Part shown: in pieces, positions 50,233-63,440 of the stretch
How positions within the stretch are numbered: position 1 is the first letter of the stretch
How the letters are laid out: each line of letters begins with the position of its first letter
NCBI GenBank assembly: GCA_002633005.1
Contig: NMRA01000266.1
Span: 74,544 to 138,543 of the forward strand
DNA from: Phoronis australis
Taxonomy: Eukaryota; Animalia; Phoronida
Direction of reading: 5' to 3'
DNA length: 64,000 bases
Notes under the pieces: generated by a model
Databases searched by the model: none
Told to the model about the DNA's origin: nothing
The model's input: the letters and a program-made list of their open reading frames with translations, nothing else
Made by a program: the position numbers and the translations under genes

Positions 50233-51919
50233 GATAGTGGTGGTTGTGGTGGCGTTAGTGGTAGAATAAACAGCAGTAATGGTAAACGTACAAGAGCTTG
50301 TGGAAGCAGCAGCAGCAGCAGCAAAAGTACATGTGACACTAGAGTGAAAGCAGGATTGGTGATCGGTTTGGTGCTCAAATTGTGGCAATTCCATATAAAA
50401 CCCAGATGGTGGGCTACATATGCGAAATCATCAATTTTTTTGAAACTTGGCACATGCGCTGGCCTTGTCAAAAGAAACCTGAGCCTGATTTTTAAGGGTT
50501 TCTTAGTTTTTTAACCCTTTTTACGACCACTTTGAACTTTTTTCTGAATATTAGAAAATAATAGTACTGTGAAGTGGGTAACTTTTCGTCGGCACAACAC
50601 ATCATCACTTCACGCTATTGAAAAAATAACTATATAGCAAAAAGAAGAAAGAATAACCTATTGGAAAGATTAATTGGTTTTTTGTGTCCTGCCATTTAAG
50701 CCTACACAATGTCATTGCCACTGCTTATTATTAAGGCCATTTTACGCATTTTTATCAATCTCCCAACTCTATATCGGATTTTTGGAACATGAGACAACTG
50801 CCATCTGTTACTGCTGTCTTTGTTCAGCCCAACGCAAGAATAAAAAAAAAATCACGTCTCTTTCATAGTGTTTGTGCACTCAGTTTTTTACCTAAGTCAC
50901 ACACTTTTCTGCCAATTTGGGGGTTTTTCAGTTTGATTAAAAAACTCTAGGAGCCGCTACTCGATTGTACAATTATCTATTGATCAAGATGCCAAATACA
51001 TGTAGAACAAATATCATTCGTTTTGCTACATTAGTGACGAAGGAGATCATGGGAAGCTGTATGAGAGATTTTTTCTTCGAGCATTTTCTGTTTTGCTTGT
51101 GCAAAAATAAAAATCTATCATAGGATTACAGAACTCAAAAAGGCAATTTTAATGTATTTGTGAGTTAATAATACAGCCTCCATCACCATCTCATACTTCA
51201 GAGAAGCCAGTTTTATTCTTATTAAGGGTGCCCATTACCAATTGCTTGGTTAGTTTTCGAACACCGTAATGGACTAAGAATCCCACGCACTACCTGCAGT
51301 GCATGCTGGTCCATTTTCAGACCTCCTGAACAAATGACCATCAATGTCATACTTTGTCACCAGTTTTCCTAGTCTGATTTTTTGCCGTTCATAAAATGCA
51401 GTTTTACTGACATGAAAAAATGCAAATTATTCCTTTATAGCCAAATAGGCCGTATCTCGGTAACCAAAGGTCATTGAGTGCAAATATTGCAGCAGTGTAC
51501 TTTGGGCCAGCATCCCAACATATGCACAAAATATCAGCTCTGTATGATTTTTGAGTACATAGTGATTTTTCATTTTCAAATGTTTTTTGGAATCATTCGT
51601 ACATGTATAGTAATACAAGGGGTAGCGAATTGTCGAATGTAGGACTTGTGTCAATTTAGCTAAATATTGTTAGTTAAGTATTTCAAGATTGAGATGTACA
51701 TATCAACAGCTGGTGCTTCCCTATGTCTGACGACAGAAAACACTTGGTAACATGGCAAGGGACGATTTGAGATGAGATCGTGGCAGTTGATCGGCCTCAA
51801 ATTTGAAACTACACCAATGCACAAACCAATTAAACTGCAAAATAAAAAAACGAAAACAGGTCGTAGAAGCATTTATGCTGTATATTGGGACAACCTTTTC
51901 TAACGCTTAAGTTACTCAC

Positions 51920-52222
51920 TTCTATTTGAAATCGTCACTGTTGTGAATGCGCTCAATTTTTCTGTGAAGGTGTTGATGGCTCTGCACGTGACAATCGTCC
52001 TCCCCCAGACAACCCAATACAACATCTGACTGCTGAAAGCGTGCGATCCTCTCTCATCTTTATCCCGTCGTACTGGAACGTCGACGATGACTTCCGGCTC
52101 CCACTCAAAACGGACGGCGGGGTACGCGTAGTCTGATTTGCAGACGAGTGTATAATTCTCGTCTGGACTCAAGTAGAAATTGCTTCGTCCTTCGATTTCT
52201 ATAGTAACCACCGTAGGGCCAT
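51920..52222 (-). CDS. Ig/TSP1 membrane protein, Ig-like exon (6th in window)
   Basis: GPT...YTLVCKSDYAYPAVRFEW...IVTCRAIN; CTGCAG|AT and A|GTGAGT; 303 nt, phase 1-1. Confidence 0.9.
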
Positions 52223-53061
52223 CTGCAGACCAAGCGTAAGATACGATTCTTCCCGTAGCGTGTTTTGTGCATTATCCAATGGATAGGCCAAGTTTTACTC
52301 AAGCAACATCTTCTAATTTACCAATTACAACGCCTACATGTAGATGTTCAAGTATAACACTGAACTTGGAGTGAATTAACAGTTGCTCAAACTGTGTTTC
52401 CTTGAAAAATGCACCTCAGTGCATAAAGCATAGTTTTAATGGAAGGATATTGTCTAAGCCGTTTGTTGCTACTGAGAAATGGTTTAACGTAGACAAGCAT
52501 GGATGTGTTTCGGTAATGGTCTGTGGTGAAAATTGGTCCGCGGGCTGTTTAAACTATCGATGGATGAGTCTATTGTGCTGGACATCTATACCGCAATGTA
52601 TTTACATTGCAGCCGTTGGAAATTTGTTGTATCTCCTCGATGGTGGAGAAAGGTTTGCGGTTGTCTCCGGTCAATGGTGATAGTTTAAGAGTAACGTGAA
52701 ACCGATTTGCAAATTGCTTGTCTATTTTAGCCGAATATCCTGTCTAGCCGTCAATGTTGAATTCTTAGCAGAAGCGTGTTGGTGTTTAATACGCTACCAA
52801 GCTCATCAGCTTTAGTGAATTATTGCCAAAATAGCCAGCGATTTAAATCACAGGCTACAAACAAATTCTTCGTTTGTGAACAAGCAGTTATAGGGTTGGC
52901 CAACACCAGTAAGCTCTATAAAAGCGTGTTGTTGAGTACCTGGTGGTTTCAAAGTTCTTGTCAGTAACGTATATCTAATGGTGAGAAGTCCATTTTCAGT
53001 GTGCATTTTCAAGTACAAAGGTACAGGTCGACACATGGGGACAAAATACGCCATGGCTTAC

Positions 53062-53394
53062 ATATAACTTCGATTTCAACTTCCAAACGTGCTTGCAGGT
53101 CCGGAGCAAACGTATTCTTAGCCACGTAAGTAAATACCCGTCCGTGTAAGTTCAAATTAGCCACCGATTTGAAAGACCGCTGGAAGTTTCGAATAAAACG
53201 TCCCTTGACCGATTGCAATGCGGAAAGCCGAAAGTATTCCGGCTCCATCATAATATTTACTCCTGGAAAGGCGCCGTCTGTTTTGCAAATGAGCCAAAAC
53301 GAGGTCCCGTTGATCACAATCAAGCGGCTGCTCCTAGAATTGATCCTGTATGTGTTGCCACGGACAGAGTGAGCAGTAAGGATGTCAGGACCGT
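53062..53394 (-). CDS. Ig/TSP1 membrane protein, Ig-like exon (5th; lacks the second Cys and core Trp)
   Basis: GPD...FWLICKTDGAFPGVNIMM...LHGRVFTYVAKN; TTTTAG|AC and T|GTAAGC; 333 nt. Confidence 0.85.
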
Positions 53395-53589
53395 CTAAAA
53401 ACATACATAAGTAAACACCATTCAAAGGACAGAATAGTTGTCTAATCAAGAACATCTTACTGCAAACGGCTATACACGTGCATCGCTAAAATTGGTGTGC
53501 TTACGGAAACTTTCAAAGCCCATCAGTCTTTGGATTTTACAAAGAAGGAGTCCTATAGAACTGTACATGTTCACAACCAGCTAACATAC

Positions 53590-53946
53590 ATGCCACTTGC
53601 ATCTTTAGCAATTGTGACGTCCAAAACTTCGACACGACATTAGTAGCATTGCAGACGACACTATATTCAACGTTGTCTATTTCATTCACACCGCCACCTT
53701 TCAGCCGGGCTCGGAACAACACAATACTGGTGATGACCTTTCCATGATAGGGTCCGGCGATGGACGTGGTGTTAGTTTTGCTGCCGACGAAGCCAGAAGA
53801 AATGTTCCAAACTACATCAGCCCTCGGATAAACGTTTGAAGTCTGACATGAGACAGAATAGTCATTGCCGCGCTTCACAAGCCAGGCTCCCCTCCTGAAC
53901 TTCCTGGGTTCTCCGAATAACGTAAGTCGGACATTTCTGGGTCCAA
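53590..53946 (-). CDS. Ig/TSP1 membrane protein, Ig-like exon (4th)
   Basis: GPR...YSVSCQTSNVYPRADVVW...YSVVCNATN; TTTCAG|TT and T|GTATGT; 357 nt. Confidence 0.9.
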
Positions 53947-54105
53947 CTGAAAAGACACCGGTGAACATGTAAACAAATTAAACCGACGCAATGTAACGTG
54001 CAAGAGTACTTTAAGGCTATTGAAAGTCATCGTTTATATGCTGCATACTGTGTGTATTTGTATGATCGGTATGAACAGCGGTCTGTTTTATGAGAAGCGA
54101 CCTAA

Positions 54106-55735
54106 AGGAGAATGCCATTTGATTTAATTAGTTATTTACCATCTTAATCGGTCTACATGTATATCCACAACGCCTCATATACGATCGACCTCTTCTTGCC
54201 GAGAGGTGTCGCGTTAACCTGTGAGGAAGGTGAGAAACGTCGCACCGACGTCAGTGGTTCGTCTGCAGAGTGAATGCGGCTATATCGAGGTGCATAGTTC
54301 TCGCTAGTCCGAACTATGAAGCTGTGAAGAAAGCGGGTATATCGCTTTTCGACCTCTTCGAGAGCCCGAAATGCTTAGGAAGTGGCGCGCGGTAGTTAAT
54401 ACACTGTAGCAAGTATGAGGCCGTGAAACATCTCCGTGTCTGTGGCCGGCATTTCGTCGACAGTAATTTCTCTGACGAATTCTGGCTTACCAAAGAACTA
54501 TCCATACGTTCCATTGCCTGTGCATGTTCACGGCGCCTCTCTAGTAATTATTGATCAGTGTATTTCGGTTCGAACTAATAGACTGTGAAAACTAACGTGC
54601 CGACCTGTGAAGTCTTTGTCGGATGAGCTCCTGTCTAAGTCGGGATTGGTGCCGGGTGACTTGCCATGTAGACTTTTATTATTCTGCGTTCTGTTTCAAA
54701 ATAAATTATTCTCACCCTATCCAATGCTTATATAAAACTGTCTCGTTAGATACAATTTGTAATGCCTTTGCAGTATTCGTGAGTGCAAATGTTTTGAGAA
54801 GCCAGCAATGAATAAACCATTGTGTTACCGGCTTTTTATGCCAGTAACGAAGGTAATTGACCGGTTCACCGAGGCCGTGTGGGCGCATGCTAATTCAGTG
54901 TTTGCTGACAGAAAGCTGTTGTGAAACAATTACTCGATTTAATATGCTTTGGTCACATGTTAGGGTAATATTTGTTTAAAAATGCAAATACATTATTCAA
55001 AGCATTCTTACTGTACAACCCTTGCCCTGACGGTCTGTGGAAGGGAAACCCGACTTGCGGCCCCCGACAAATAAGTAGATTTTCAGTTTTGTGGCTAAAT
55101 CACATAAATAAGTACGTGCACATTATTTCTTCGGCTCACTATTATAGTCTTCTCGTGACTGGAGATTTAGTTTCCAACTCAAGCTGGTTTATGTTCGTGC
55201 CAGTCCCGGCGGCCGCGACGGGCCTGGTCGGGTTCCGAGCCACTGGCCGGGATAACAAGTGTTTTGTGTGTTTAGAACTCAAAAACTCACAGGTATAAAC
55301 AACACAGATCTACGTTCTCCTGCCTTTATGTGACGGAATAATACTTCGATTTTTTCTCGGAACTCCTTCTACGGACCTTTGTAAATTGGCCTGCCGAACT
55401 TCGTAGGTTAGGGTGTGTCCAAATACCAATAAATCCGTAAGAGCGAAATGAAACAACACGTTTTTATAAGAACTCGGTGCATTTTTAAGGGTTTTACATC
55501 GAAGTGTGCTGATTTATTGGTGTTAAACGATGAATTCAAGCGATAAGCTGACACCAGTAACCCGTGGTGTGAACTGCTGAACAGACTGCGTGTGAAATCA
55601 ATGACGTCATTGGATAATGTCAACACCTCCGTCTGCCGTCAGGTGTCAGATAACGCAACCGAACTTGTCGTTATCGAGTAGAACTACTCGATCTAAATTG
55701 ATACAAAATAGGTTGTTTTTGGGTAGCATTCTCCT
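54106..55735 (-). mobile_element. Non-autonomous Kolobok-like DNA transposon, copy 2
   Basis: CTAA|AGGAGAATGC ... GCATTCTCCT|TTAA, a reverse-complement homologue of 15444-17104. ORFs 15553 and 55408 translate to near-identical text. Confidence 0.8.
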
Positions 55736-56199
55736 TTAACGCAGATATTTGATCTTAGGCCAACGCTTGAAAATTGCTACATAATTTCTCACTACATACG
55801 CTTAGATCCTACTCAAATGTTTATACGAATCCTTTGAACCACTACACGAAACTACATGTACATGTATACACGGACAAATTGCTTTGCAGCAGACTTTTTA
55901 TACGTATAGGGTCACATTTGAACCCAAGCACTACATGTACATGTTTGGGATCATAACGAAGTCTCAGTGTGTACTGTACCTGTGGTCCTACCTGAAAACT
56001 TGTAGTGGTACCTAAGCGATTATAATCAAGTACTTTAATTTCGGAACGGAGCTTGTTAGTTTAGAGTAATACGCCAGTGCTTACGTTTTCACTTATGCTG
56101 TAATCTTTCGTTATTTCGGGTTTACTCAGTCTGAACAAGGCGTCGGATGCGATGAACTATTCCTAAATACTTTCGAACGAAAAGTCAAGATTTTTTTTG

Positions 56200-56756
56200 C
56201 GAACATGGAAAACAGACGTGCAAATTTATTGAAATTGTCTGCATATCCACTTTTCGAAACGACGTTACATCTTGAAACATATTTTTCATTAAATTTTCCT
56301 CGCTGCTTTATCCGTTCATTTGCAAGATCCTGATGTTCAAAACACAGATTGATGGTCGAGGTACATGAAGGCCGACACTTATCAATAAATCGATAAAGAT
56401 TTCCGAATATGATCTTTATGTAAACAAAGCCAAGGTTAAAATTTTATTGAGGATGAATATCACTTTATTTGTATGCGCCCATTTTATGATGACCTGAGAA
56501 TTAGAATGTTACCTAGAATATAATGGACCAATCCGAATAAACGTGCATGGATTTCTATGGTTAATGAAAATTTCTGATCCCGAAGTGCTTAAAAACCTAA
56601 TCAAATTTGTATACCATGCTTCTGTTTATAGACAAAAACTACTTGACGATTGAAACTACACCCTGTACTACATTTGCGTAGTTTTTATTGTTGTGTTTGC
56701 TACGTACATGAAAGTACTGTGGGTCGATGGCTTCGAGCACATGTATGAATAAACGT
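56200..56756 (+). mobile_element. Degenerate LINE 3' end (same motif class as 1-790)
   Basis: CSKHRLMVE...GRH...IEDEYHFICMRPFYDDLR with a terminal AATAAA near 56749. Confidence 0.7.
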
Positions 56757-57129
56757 TATCGAGCTAGTGTGCATACTTAATATGTACGTTTGAGTACAGA
56801 CACAAATAACCCCTGTGAGTGGAGATTCATATTTTGTCATCGCAGGACCATTAAGATTAGAGTCACATCCGCATGCTTACAGTATCCACTTATGTCAATA
56901 CATCCAACTCACTTTTATTATCAAATTTAGTGTAATTCGCCAGTAGTTCCTATCTGTTTAAAAGCAATTATGCATTGGCTGTTAGATAACTTCTTTGTGC
57001 ATTACTCCTTGTTTCGGAATTTTACTTGAGCAGTAGCGCCCCCAGTGACATCGTTAAAACAACAAACAATATAAATTGTCTTAAGAATTATTTCAGACCA
57101 CAATTTTTCAAATGTACACGTACAGTTAC

Positions 57130-60100
57130 AAAATACCTTTGCCGTGCCGTTTGAGTCCGCACTGTTACGGGTCTAACTTGGGCACATATAATGCACGCAA
57201 TTCCATTAACTACCAGTAAACATGCAGGTACTGGGCCAATACTGGCCCTGAACTGTCTTCTGTATGGGCCAAATGATGTAGGTCAGAACTGGCCCACTAA
57301 CATTCTGGACACCTTCTCGGTATTGGGCCGGTATAAGATTGCAATATCGGACCAGAAAAGGGACAGTACCAGGTCATTACCGGGCCAATACTCCAAAACC
57401 AGTTTCGGCCCTACAAAGTGCCAGAATTGACGGACTGTGTTGGCTCTGTACAATGATGGGCTCATATTAAGCCAGTATACTAATAACATTGGCGAAAGTG
57501 CAGTTGTGGGCAAGTAAAGTGCCAATATTCAACCATTTATTTTGCCTTTGCAGGCTCAATGCAGAAAAATCAATGCTTGTGGGTATAATGCAACAACGGG
57601 ATTGTTTCTGAATGCTTCAGGTTTTTAACTCCTACAACGTTCGCTTTGTTGGTCATTTCAGTCCTATTGCATGTGCAGCTGTGACTTACAAGAAGAAAAG
57701 ACTCTTGTTCTTTAATACTTTTATTACTATGAAACTGCTCAGGTAAAATACTTACCAAAAATTATGAATTATGTAAGTGAAAACTAGGCAATTAATTATT
57801 TTTTATAAAACTGTCTCGGGCTTGTTAATGGCCTGGCACCTTCACACAGTCTTCCCCATCCCTCCCTGTCTCCAGCGTTTCGGAACCTGGTGCCTGTCTC
57901 TTGCATTAGCATTACTGTGTTTCTTGATCACAATCCCTGAAATATAACAACGCCTGCTTAGTATATCATAGTTCAAGCTAACAGACTCAACTATACAGTT
58001 TTTAGATAAGTTATGCATAATAAGAATTACCTAAAGACACTGTATACCATTCCAACACAAAGCGTATTTGAAATGCATAATCTGCAAGATACATAAATGT
58101 TTCATGCTTTGTTAACACAAATATTACAGCTGGTCGTAGGACTTCGGTTTCTTGTTAGGAATATTTTCAGAAGCGATTTTTTATTCATTCCATTTCTTCC
58201 CAAAATGTCTATTTGGTTACCATTTTAAGATCCCTAAAAATACTTCACAATCTGCTACAAAAAGTCTTATTGGCACCAATTGATGGCTTTGCTGATGTGA
58301 CCTTTTCAACTTCGTTCCCAAGTGTAAAGATGGCGCTGATCGGTTTAGCCATTTGAGGCTTGGTTATTGAAATTACTTTCTGGCAGTGATTGACCGGTGC
58401 CTTGACATCATTGAACAAGGGCAGAATGTAGCTATTTTCACATTGCAGCCTTTCATGCGACAGAAGGCATTGTTTTAGTTAATGTCTGAAATAAAGGTTG
58501 CACTTATTTTCAATCTCATTTATGAATAGTCTTAATCTGTTTTCAAATCCAAATATATCATTTTTGCAATAATGTAGATCTAAAGTGCTGCAGTATACCG
58601 TTAGTTTTTATTTTTATATAAAACTGCAGAAATTTTTGAAATAACTTGTAATATTCTGGCAATTTCAGTAAAAATTCTGACACATTTCATTTCCCATTAT
58701 CAAACCTCCAATGGTTTAATTGGTCACCACCATCTTGAGGCTTGGAGAAGAGGCTGAGCGCTGCTGATATTGTACGATGCAGCGCGTGCACAATGTTGTC
58801 AAAGAAGTAAACAAAGCAACAAAACGGGGATTTTTACATTTCATAAGATCACCAAACCCAGCATTGTTTTGGATATCGTTGTGAAACAACTAAAATGAGA
58901 TAGAACATGCAAAATGGGCGTATAATAAATAGATGGAAGTTCCTGACCGTCCTTAAAGCCTCACAGTACAGTTTCGTAGGTCGAATTCAACCTTAGTAAA
59001 GCAAATTTGCATGGGAGAAACGGGCTGCAGAATCAAATTTTCAGCTCCACTTGATCCCTAGAAGAGCTACGTAAAATCTGTGTACTCATCTCACTCAGTC
59101 TCGCGCTATCCGAACTCACGTGACTCAGTTGAAATACTTAGGGGAATGGTGGTTATGGCGCAAGTGGTGAGAAAGTTAACAGTGACTAAAAAAGTAGAGT
59201 TGGAATTCTTCGCCAAAGTCACCTTAATTCTCAAAACTCAGCTTCATCGAAGTCGAAGATATGTATAGAAATAGAAGGTTCCACTGAAGAAAGTAAGCAT
59301 ATTTTAAGTCATAAATTTAAGTGTGGAATGTATTTCTGACGAGGTGAAAACATTTAATCGGTGACCGGACTTGGCCTACCGCCTGTTTACAGAAAGTGAT
59401 GGGAAGTATTGTAGACATACATGTAACCGACCAACCGAGAGGCTATGTAAATGCTATCAGAAGAAATAACAATTACTCGTGGTTTGCTGGACCCGTTTAC
59501 CATACATTTATTGAGTTTTGTGTCTGATATGGTCGTCTAAAGTGAAGCAACCGTGGAATTCTTAATCCCTAATGCCATATCATAAAGTACATTGTAATTT
59601 GTATTGCAGACGATCAGGACAGAAGCTGAGAACGTCTGTAGTAAAAATCAGGTTTTATACTCTTGCAGACATTGACACGGCATTCAAAGTAAACAAATAT
59701 GAAACTTACCAGAAATCTGAAGTTCGCTGTCAAAATCCTTCACTATCCTGTCACACACGCTGGTTTCAAACTGTAGAAAATCTCGAAACAGCTCAAGTGA
59801 TCTTCAACGGAAATTTCAAAATGGCGATTTTTTTCAGGAGTCACAGGCGCTTAAATTTATCTGTTCTTCGATCACGACTTATGGTTATGAGTTATCGGGA
59901 AATTCGAGAGTGTGTGTTGAGAGTCATCTGGTCAAATATTTTCTTTAAAGAATAAAATTACACTGTGATAAATCTGGTGGTAATTAATTTTTATGAAAAC
60001 CAAAACAATGTACTGTCACACACCAGATGGTAATTTTTAAGAGAAAACTGTGGGCAAGCCCGTAACAGCCCTCACGCGTTCTAGTCTGTGTTTACCGCAA

Positions 60101-60320
60101 TAGCAACATGGGCCAATACTTGGGGGCCGATAAGGGAAGGGTTCACTCGGTTAGTGTCTTTGGACGGTATTGGGCCATTAGTGGCCCAGAAACGTAAACC
60201 GGTATAAGGTACAAGCTGTAAAAAGCAACAGATATCCAGTACTGGCCCAATACTTTCATGTTTACTATGCTGTGGCAAGACGGAAGTTGTAAGCTGGAGA
60301 GTGGAATGCACATGTGCAGG
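57130..60320. repeat. Inverted pair of TGGGCC/GGCCCA-rich repeats (about 57130-57530 and 60040-60320)
   Basis: AGTAAACATGCAGGTACTGGGCCAATACTGG is the inverse of CCAGTACTGGCCCAATACTTTCATGTTTACT; CTGTTACGGG pairs with CCCGTAACAG. Confidence 0.55.
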
Positions 60321-60640
60321 TTTTCAATAGCGGGAGTTACAGAGACAGAGAGCCCGTATGTAGGCCATTGCACAAGCGCAGTAGAGATGGTCCTTTTCGC
60401 CTTGCCCCAGTTTCACATTTAGACATGTAATTTATACGGAGCAAAATGTTCGAGCGCAAACTGCCCCAACTCACAAACGGGTGTCAATTTGCTCCGTGTC
60501 AGCTCCGTTTACACACTGGAACATCTCGTTCCGTGTCAGCTGATCCGTGTTAACTTTTGTGTAGTGTATACTTTAGAGTATACGCTAGGGGCTCAGTTGA
60601 GATTTTCCATACACACGAAGAGACACGCTTCAGTACTTAC

Positions 60641-60970
60641 AATTAACATTCAGTGTGATATTTCTTTTGATGTGGAGTTCCCCGAAGTTGATGTTGATCG
60701 CTGAGCACGTGATCTCCTTGCGATTCCATTCTTTTTTCGCGCCAAACGACACAGACCTATGATAGCGAGAACCATGGCCGCCATGGGGTTTTGCAGTCTC
60801 CTTGGTGATACCGAGTTGCATTCCAGGGAGCAATGTCCAAGCAACATCCGCCTTGGGATGAGTGACGTCAGTTCTACATTCCACCTCATAGACGACGGCA
60901 TGGATCAAGTTAACAGCCGTTCCACTTATGATAGCGGAATTAACCCGGATGTCAACCATGGTTGGTCCGT
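60641..60970 (-). CDS. Ig/TSP1 membrane protein, Ig-like exon (3rd)
   Basis: GPT...YEVECRTDVTHPKADVAW...WNRKEITCSAIN; CCTTCAG|AC and T|GTAAGT; 330 nt. Confidence 0.9.
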
Positions 60971-61257
60971 CTGAAGGAAGATGAAACAGGTACATGTATT
61001 GTACAGATTTTAGATTTCCTACGGAGCTAGACCTGTTATGCGCCTAAGAAACTATAGTTTTGATTTAAGTCACCAGTTTCAGCTTTTTAAGTGAGAAGTG
61101 ATTCTAAGCACTTCATAGAATTTGCAGCTGACGTTAATGACTAATATCATTGCCGACGCAAAACAAACCGCTGTGATACGTCAACTTGCTGCGTCTGTTC
61201 TGAAGTCAAACACCCATTCTACACCAAATCCCAAACTCTGTCTGATGGCTGAGTAAT

Positions 61258-61386
61258 GTTCAGTAATGCTAAGTCCCTGCTAAAAAGCATGACTTTGCGA
61301 GATTACGTGAGGCGCATTTTAAGTGAGTACGCGTGATTTTGGCTAGATTTTAGCGAGACGGTAGCGCAGGTTCTACCGTTACTGAA
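61258..61386 (-). mobile_element. Degenerate M1 MITE copy
   Basis: GTTCAGTAATGCTAAG...GCTAAAAAGCA...GCGAGATTACGTGAG...GTTACTGAA. Confidence 0.7.
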
Positions 61387-61794
61387 ATCTACCCATATGT
61401 TTACAACAACTTGATTGATGTCTAAATTTGTGACATTTATCCTGCAGGTACATATGGCATAGAAGCCCCGGCACGGACCAGGTGTTATGCATAACTTATA
61501 ATAAATCAGCTGCCAACAATCGCTCAAAAACAAAGGTAGCTGGCAGTTTTGTCCTCCAAGTGTAATCCCAAACAACACGCAAGACTCGCCAATTAAAGCA
61601 AACTATTTTTACCCCAATTAAGGCACTGGGACAGATTTTGCACATGTATGTCAACCTTCCTTAGTCAGGAACAAATTGTATTATAACAATTTTTGTCTTG
61701 CAAGTTTCTATCCAACGTATTTGTATAGTAATTCAGTAATAAAAATGCATATTTAAAGCTAGAAATGCATTTTAAAAACTCATATGAAACTTAC

Positions 61795-62121
61795 AGGCAA
61801 CGCTAACCGTCAACATCCTGGTGATATTGACAGCCCAGTGAAATGGGTTGAAGGCGTAACATACAAACTTCATCGAATTAAACTCAGGATGTGCTTTAAA
61901 TGACGTCATAGATGAATAGTTACGGCCGCCGTGGACACCTTTCAAATCCCACTGTAGCGAGCTAAGGAATACTGGCGAGCTCCAACCCACGATGCAGCGG
62001 GGATTCACGCTGTCGGTAGCGCAGTTTACTCTGTACATTTTACCGGCCATGGTCGTCATCACGTTTCCCGTCGCATCAAGTTTCGGCCACGAAGAAGCAA
62101 ATGTTAGTTGGGTTGGCCCGA
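61795..62121 (-). CDS. Ig/TSP1 membrane protein, Ig-like exon (2nd)
   Basis: GPT...YRVNCATDSVNPRCIVGW...FNSMKFVCYAFN; TTTCAG|TC and T|GTAAGT; 327 nt. Confidence 0.9.
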
Positions 62122-62283
62122 CTGAAATAATTACCTTATCAGGCGAAGGGACTCAAATTTGGAGTTCATCAGTGCAATTCGATTAAATTGTAGGTAAATC
62201 TCCAGAAGTCTATTTGTATGCAACTAATTGAACAAGCACAAACATCTTGTGGTTTCTAGTTTTTATTTTTTTAACTTACGTAC

Positions 62284-62604
62284 AGAAGACAACTAAACGG
62301 ATAACCCTCTCCACCTTGCGGCTACGATTACGGTTGTTGGTCGCCTCACACGTTACGCTCTTTCCGTTTAACTGCGGCCGAGCTTCGAAGTGCAGCGATA
62401 GGCGATAAATATATTTTTTGCCGGTGACTTTTTCCACCTGTCCAACCGACATACCAGGCAGGCTTTGCCACGTCATGATGATCCCAGGATTTACGGCATC
62501 GCTAATGCAAGTGAACGTGTAATTTGACCCCGCGTGGAGTACTACAGTGTTGTTGAGTGTGACCGAATAGTTATTGCAATCCACTTTCAGAAACGACGGG
62601 CCAA
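62284..62604 (-). CDS. Ig/TSP1 membrane protein, Ig-like exon (1st in window; the gene starts further upstream)
   Basis: GPS...YTFTCISDAVNPGIIMTW...LNGKSVTCEATN, a nephrin/CD80-type C2-set pattern; TTTTAAG|TT and T|GTACGT; 321 nt. Confidence 0.9.
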
Positions 62605-63121
62605 CTTAAAATAAAAAATACGGCAAGGTTACTTGAAAACGCCAGGTGGGTCTCTACACTTGTGTTGTGGATGTGTGGTATTTTTGTAGTGCGGCTGCAA
62701 CACGGCTTACTGTATATTCGATGTTGTATGGATGCGAAGTACTTTTGTAGTGCAGCTGCAACACGGCTTCCTGCATATTCTACCGAGCACTGTTATTAAA
62801 GACAAGATTTTTTCGCTAAGACAAATCTTTCACGTCCTTAACACTCACTGTCCGACAATAAGGGTTTAAGCGTCACAGAGAAAATCTCCCGGGTTCAAAA
62901 TGTTTTACACACCAATTAACAGCGTTTATTGATACATTTAGCCACGTTTAGCTGTCTAAAACGACAGTCGAATTAGTTCTTTCACTTCTATAAATTAGTC
63001 TCAAAATTTACGAGACAACTCATTGACTGTTACCAACAGACACCCTCTTGCGGTCGATACATGTATACTCGTGGGAAAACCGTCGATTTCAGTGTGTTGG
63101 CCAATCATGATATTGGAAAAC

Positions 63122-63440
63122 GAAATTAACCAAAAAGATGACGATAAAGATGATGACGAAGATTACGAATATGACGACGATGGTGGCGAGGATGAACAAA
63201 AGAAGTAATAATAACATACACATGTCGAACGTAGAACTCCGAAATCAGTAAGAAAAAGCCTACAGTCTTGAGCGACACTTGGCGAAATTAACGGAAAAGA
63301 CAACGACGGAGATGATGACGACGATGATGACGATGATGACGAATATGATGATGGTGGTGGTGGCGATGATGAACAACATCTCAACATTCATATGATGAAC
63401 TTGGATGTCATAAATCAATAAGAAATGGGCTACAGTCTAG
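63122..63440. repeat. Tandem duplication of about 160 bp containing (GAY)n trinucleotide tracts
   Basis: GAAATTAAC..AAAAGA...GATGAACAA...AAATCARTAAGAAA...CTACAGTCT occurs twice. Confidence 0.8.

Noticed and set aside
49222-50514. Long poly-Ser/Val/Leu/Thr ORFs; a possible Thr-rich mucin stalk exon between the Ig and TSP1 exons
   Set aside because: They arise from a trinucleotide microsatellite plus an N gap. I found no convincing phase-1 splice pair, and the flanking exons join in frame without it. An exon hidden in the gap cannot be excluded.
48891-62604. Assignment as UNC5, nephrin or hemicentin
   Set aside because: Domain counts and the cytoplasmic tail fit none of them, so no gene symbol was given.
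63023-63387. Acidic and poly-Ser ORFs
   Set aside because: These are translations of duplicated (GAY)n simple repeats.
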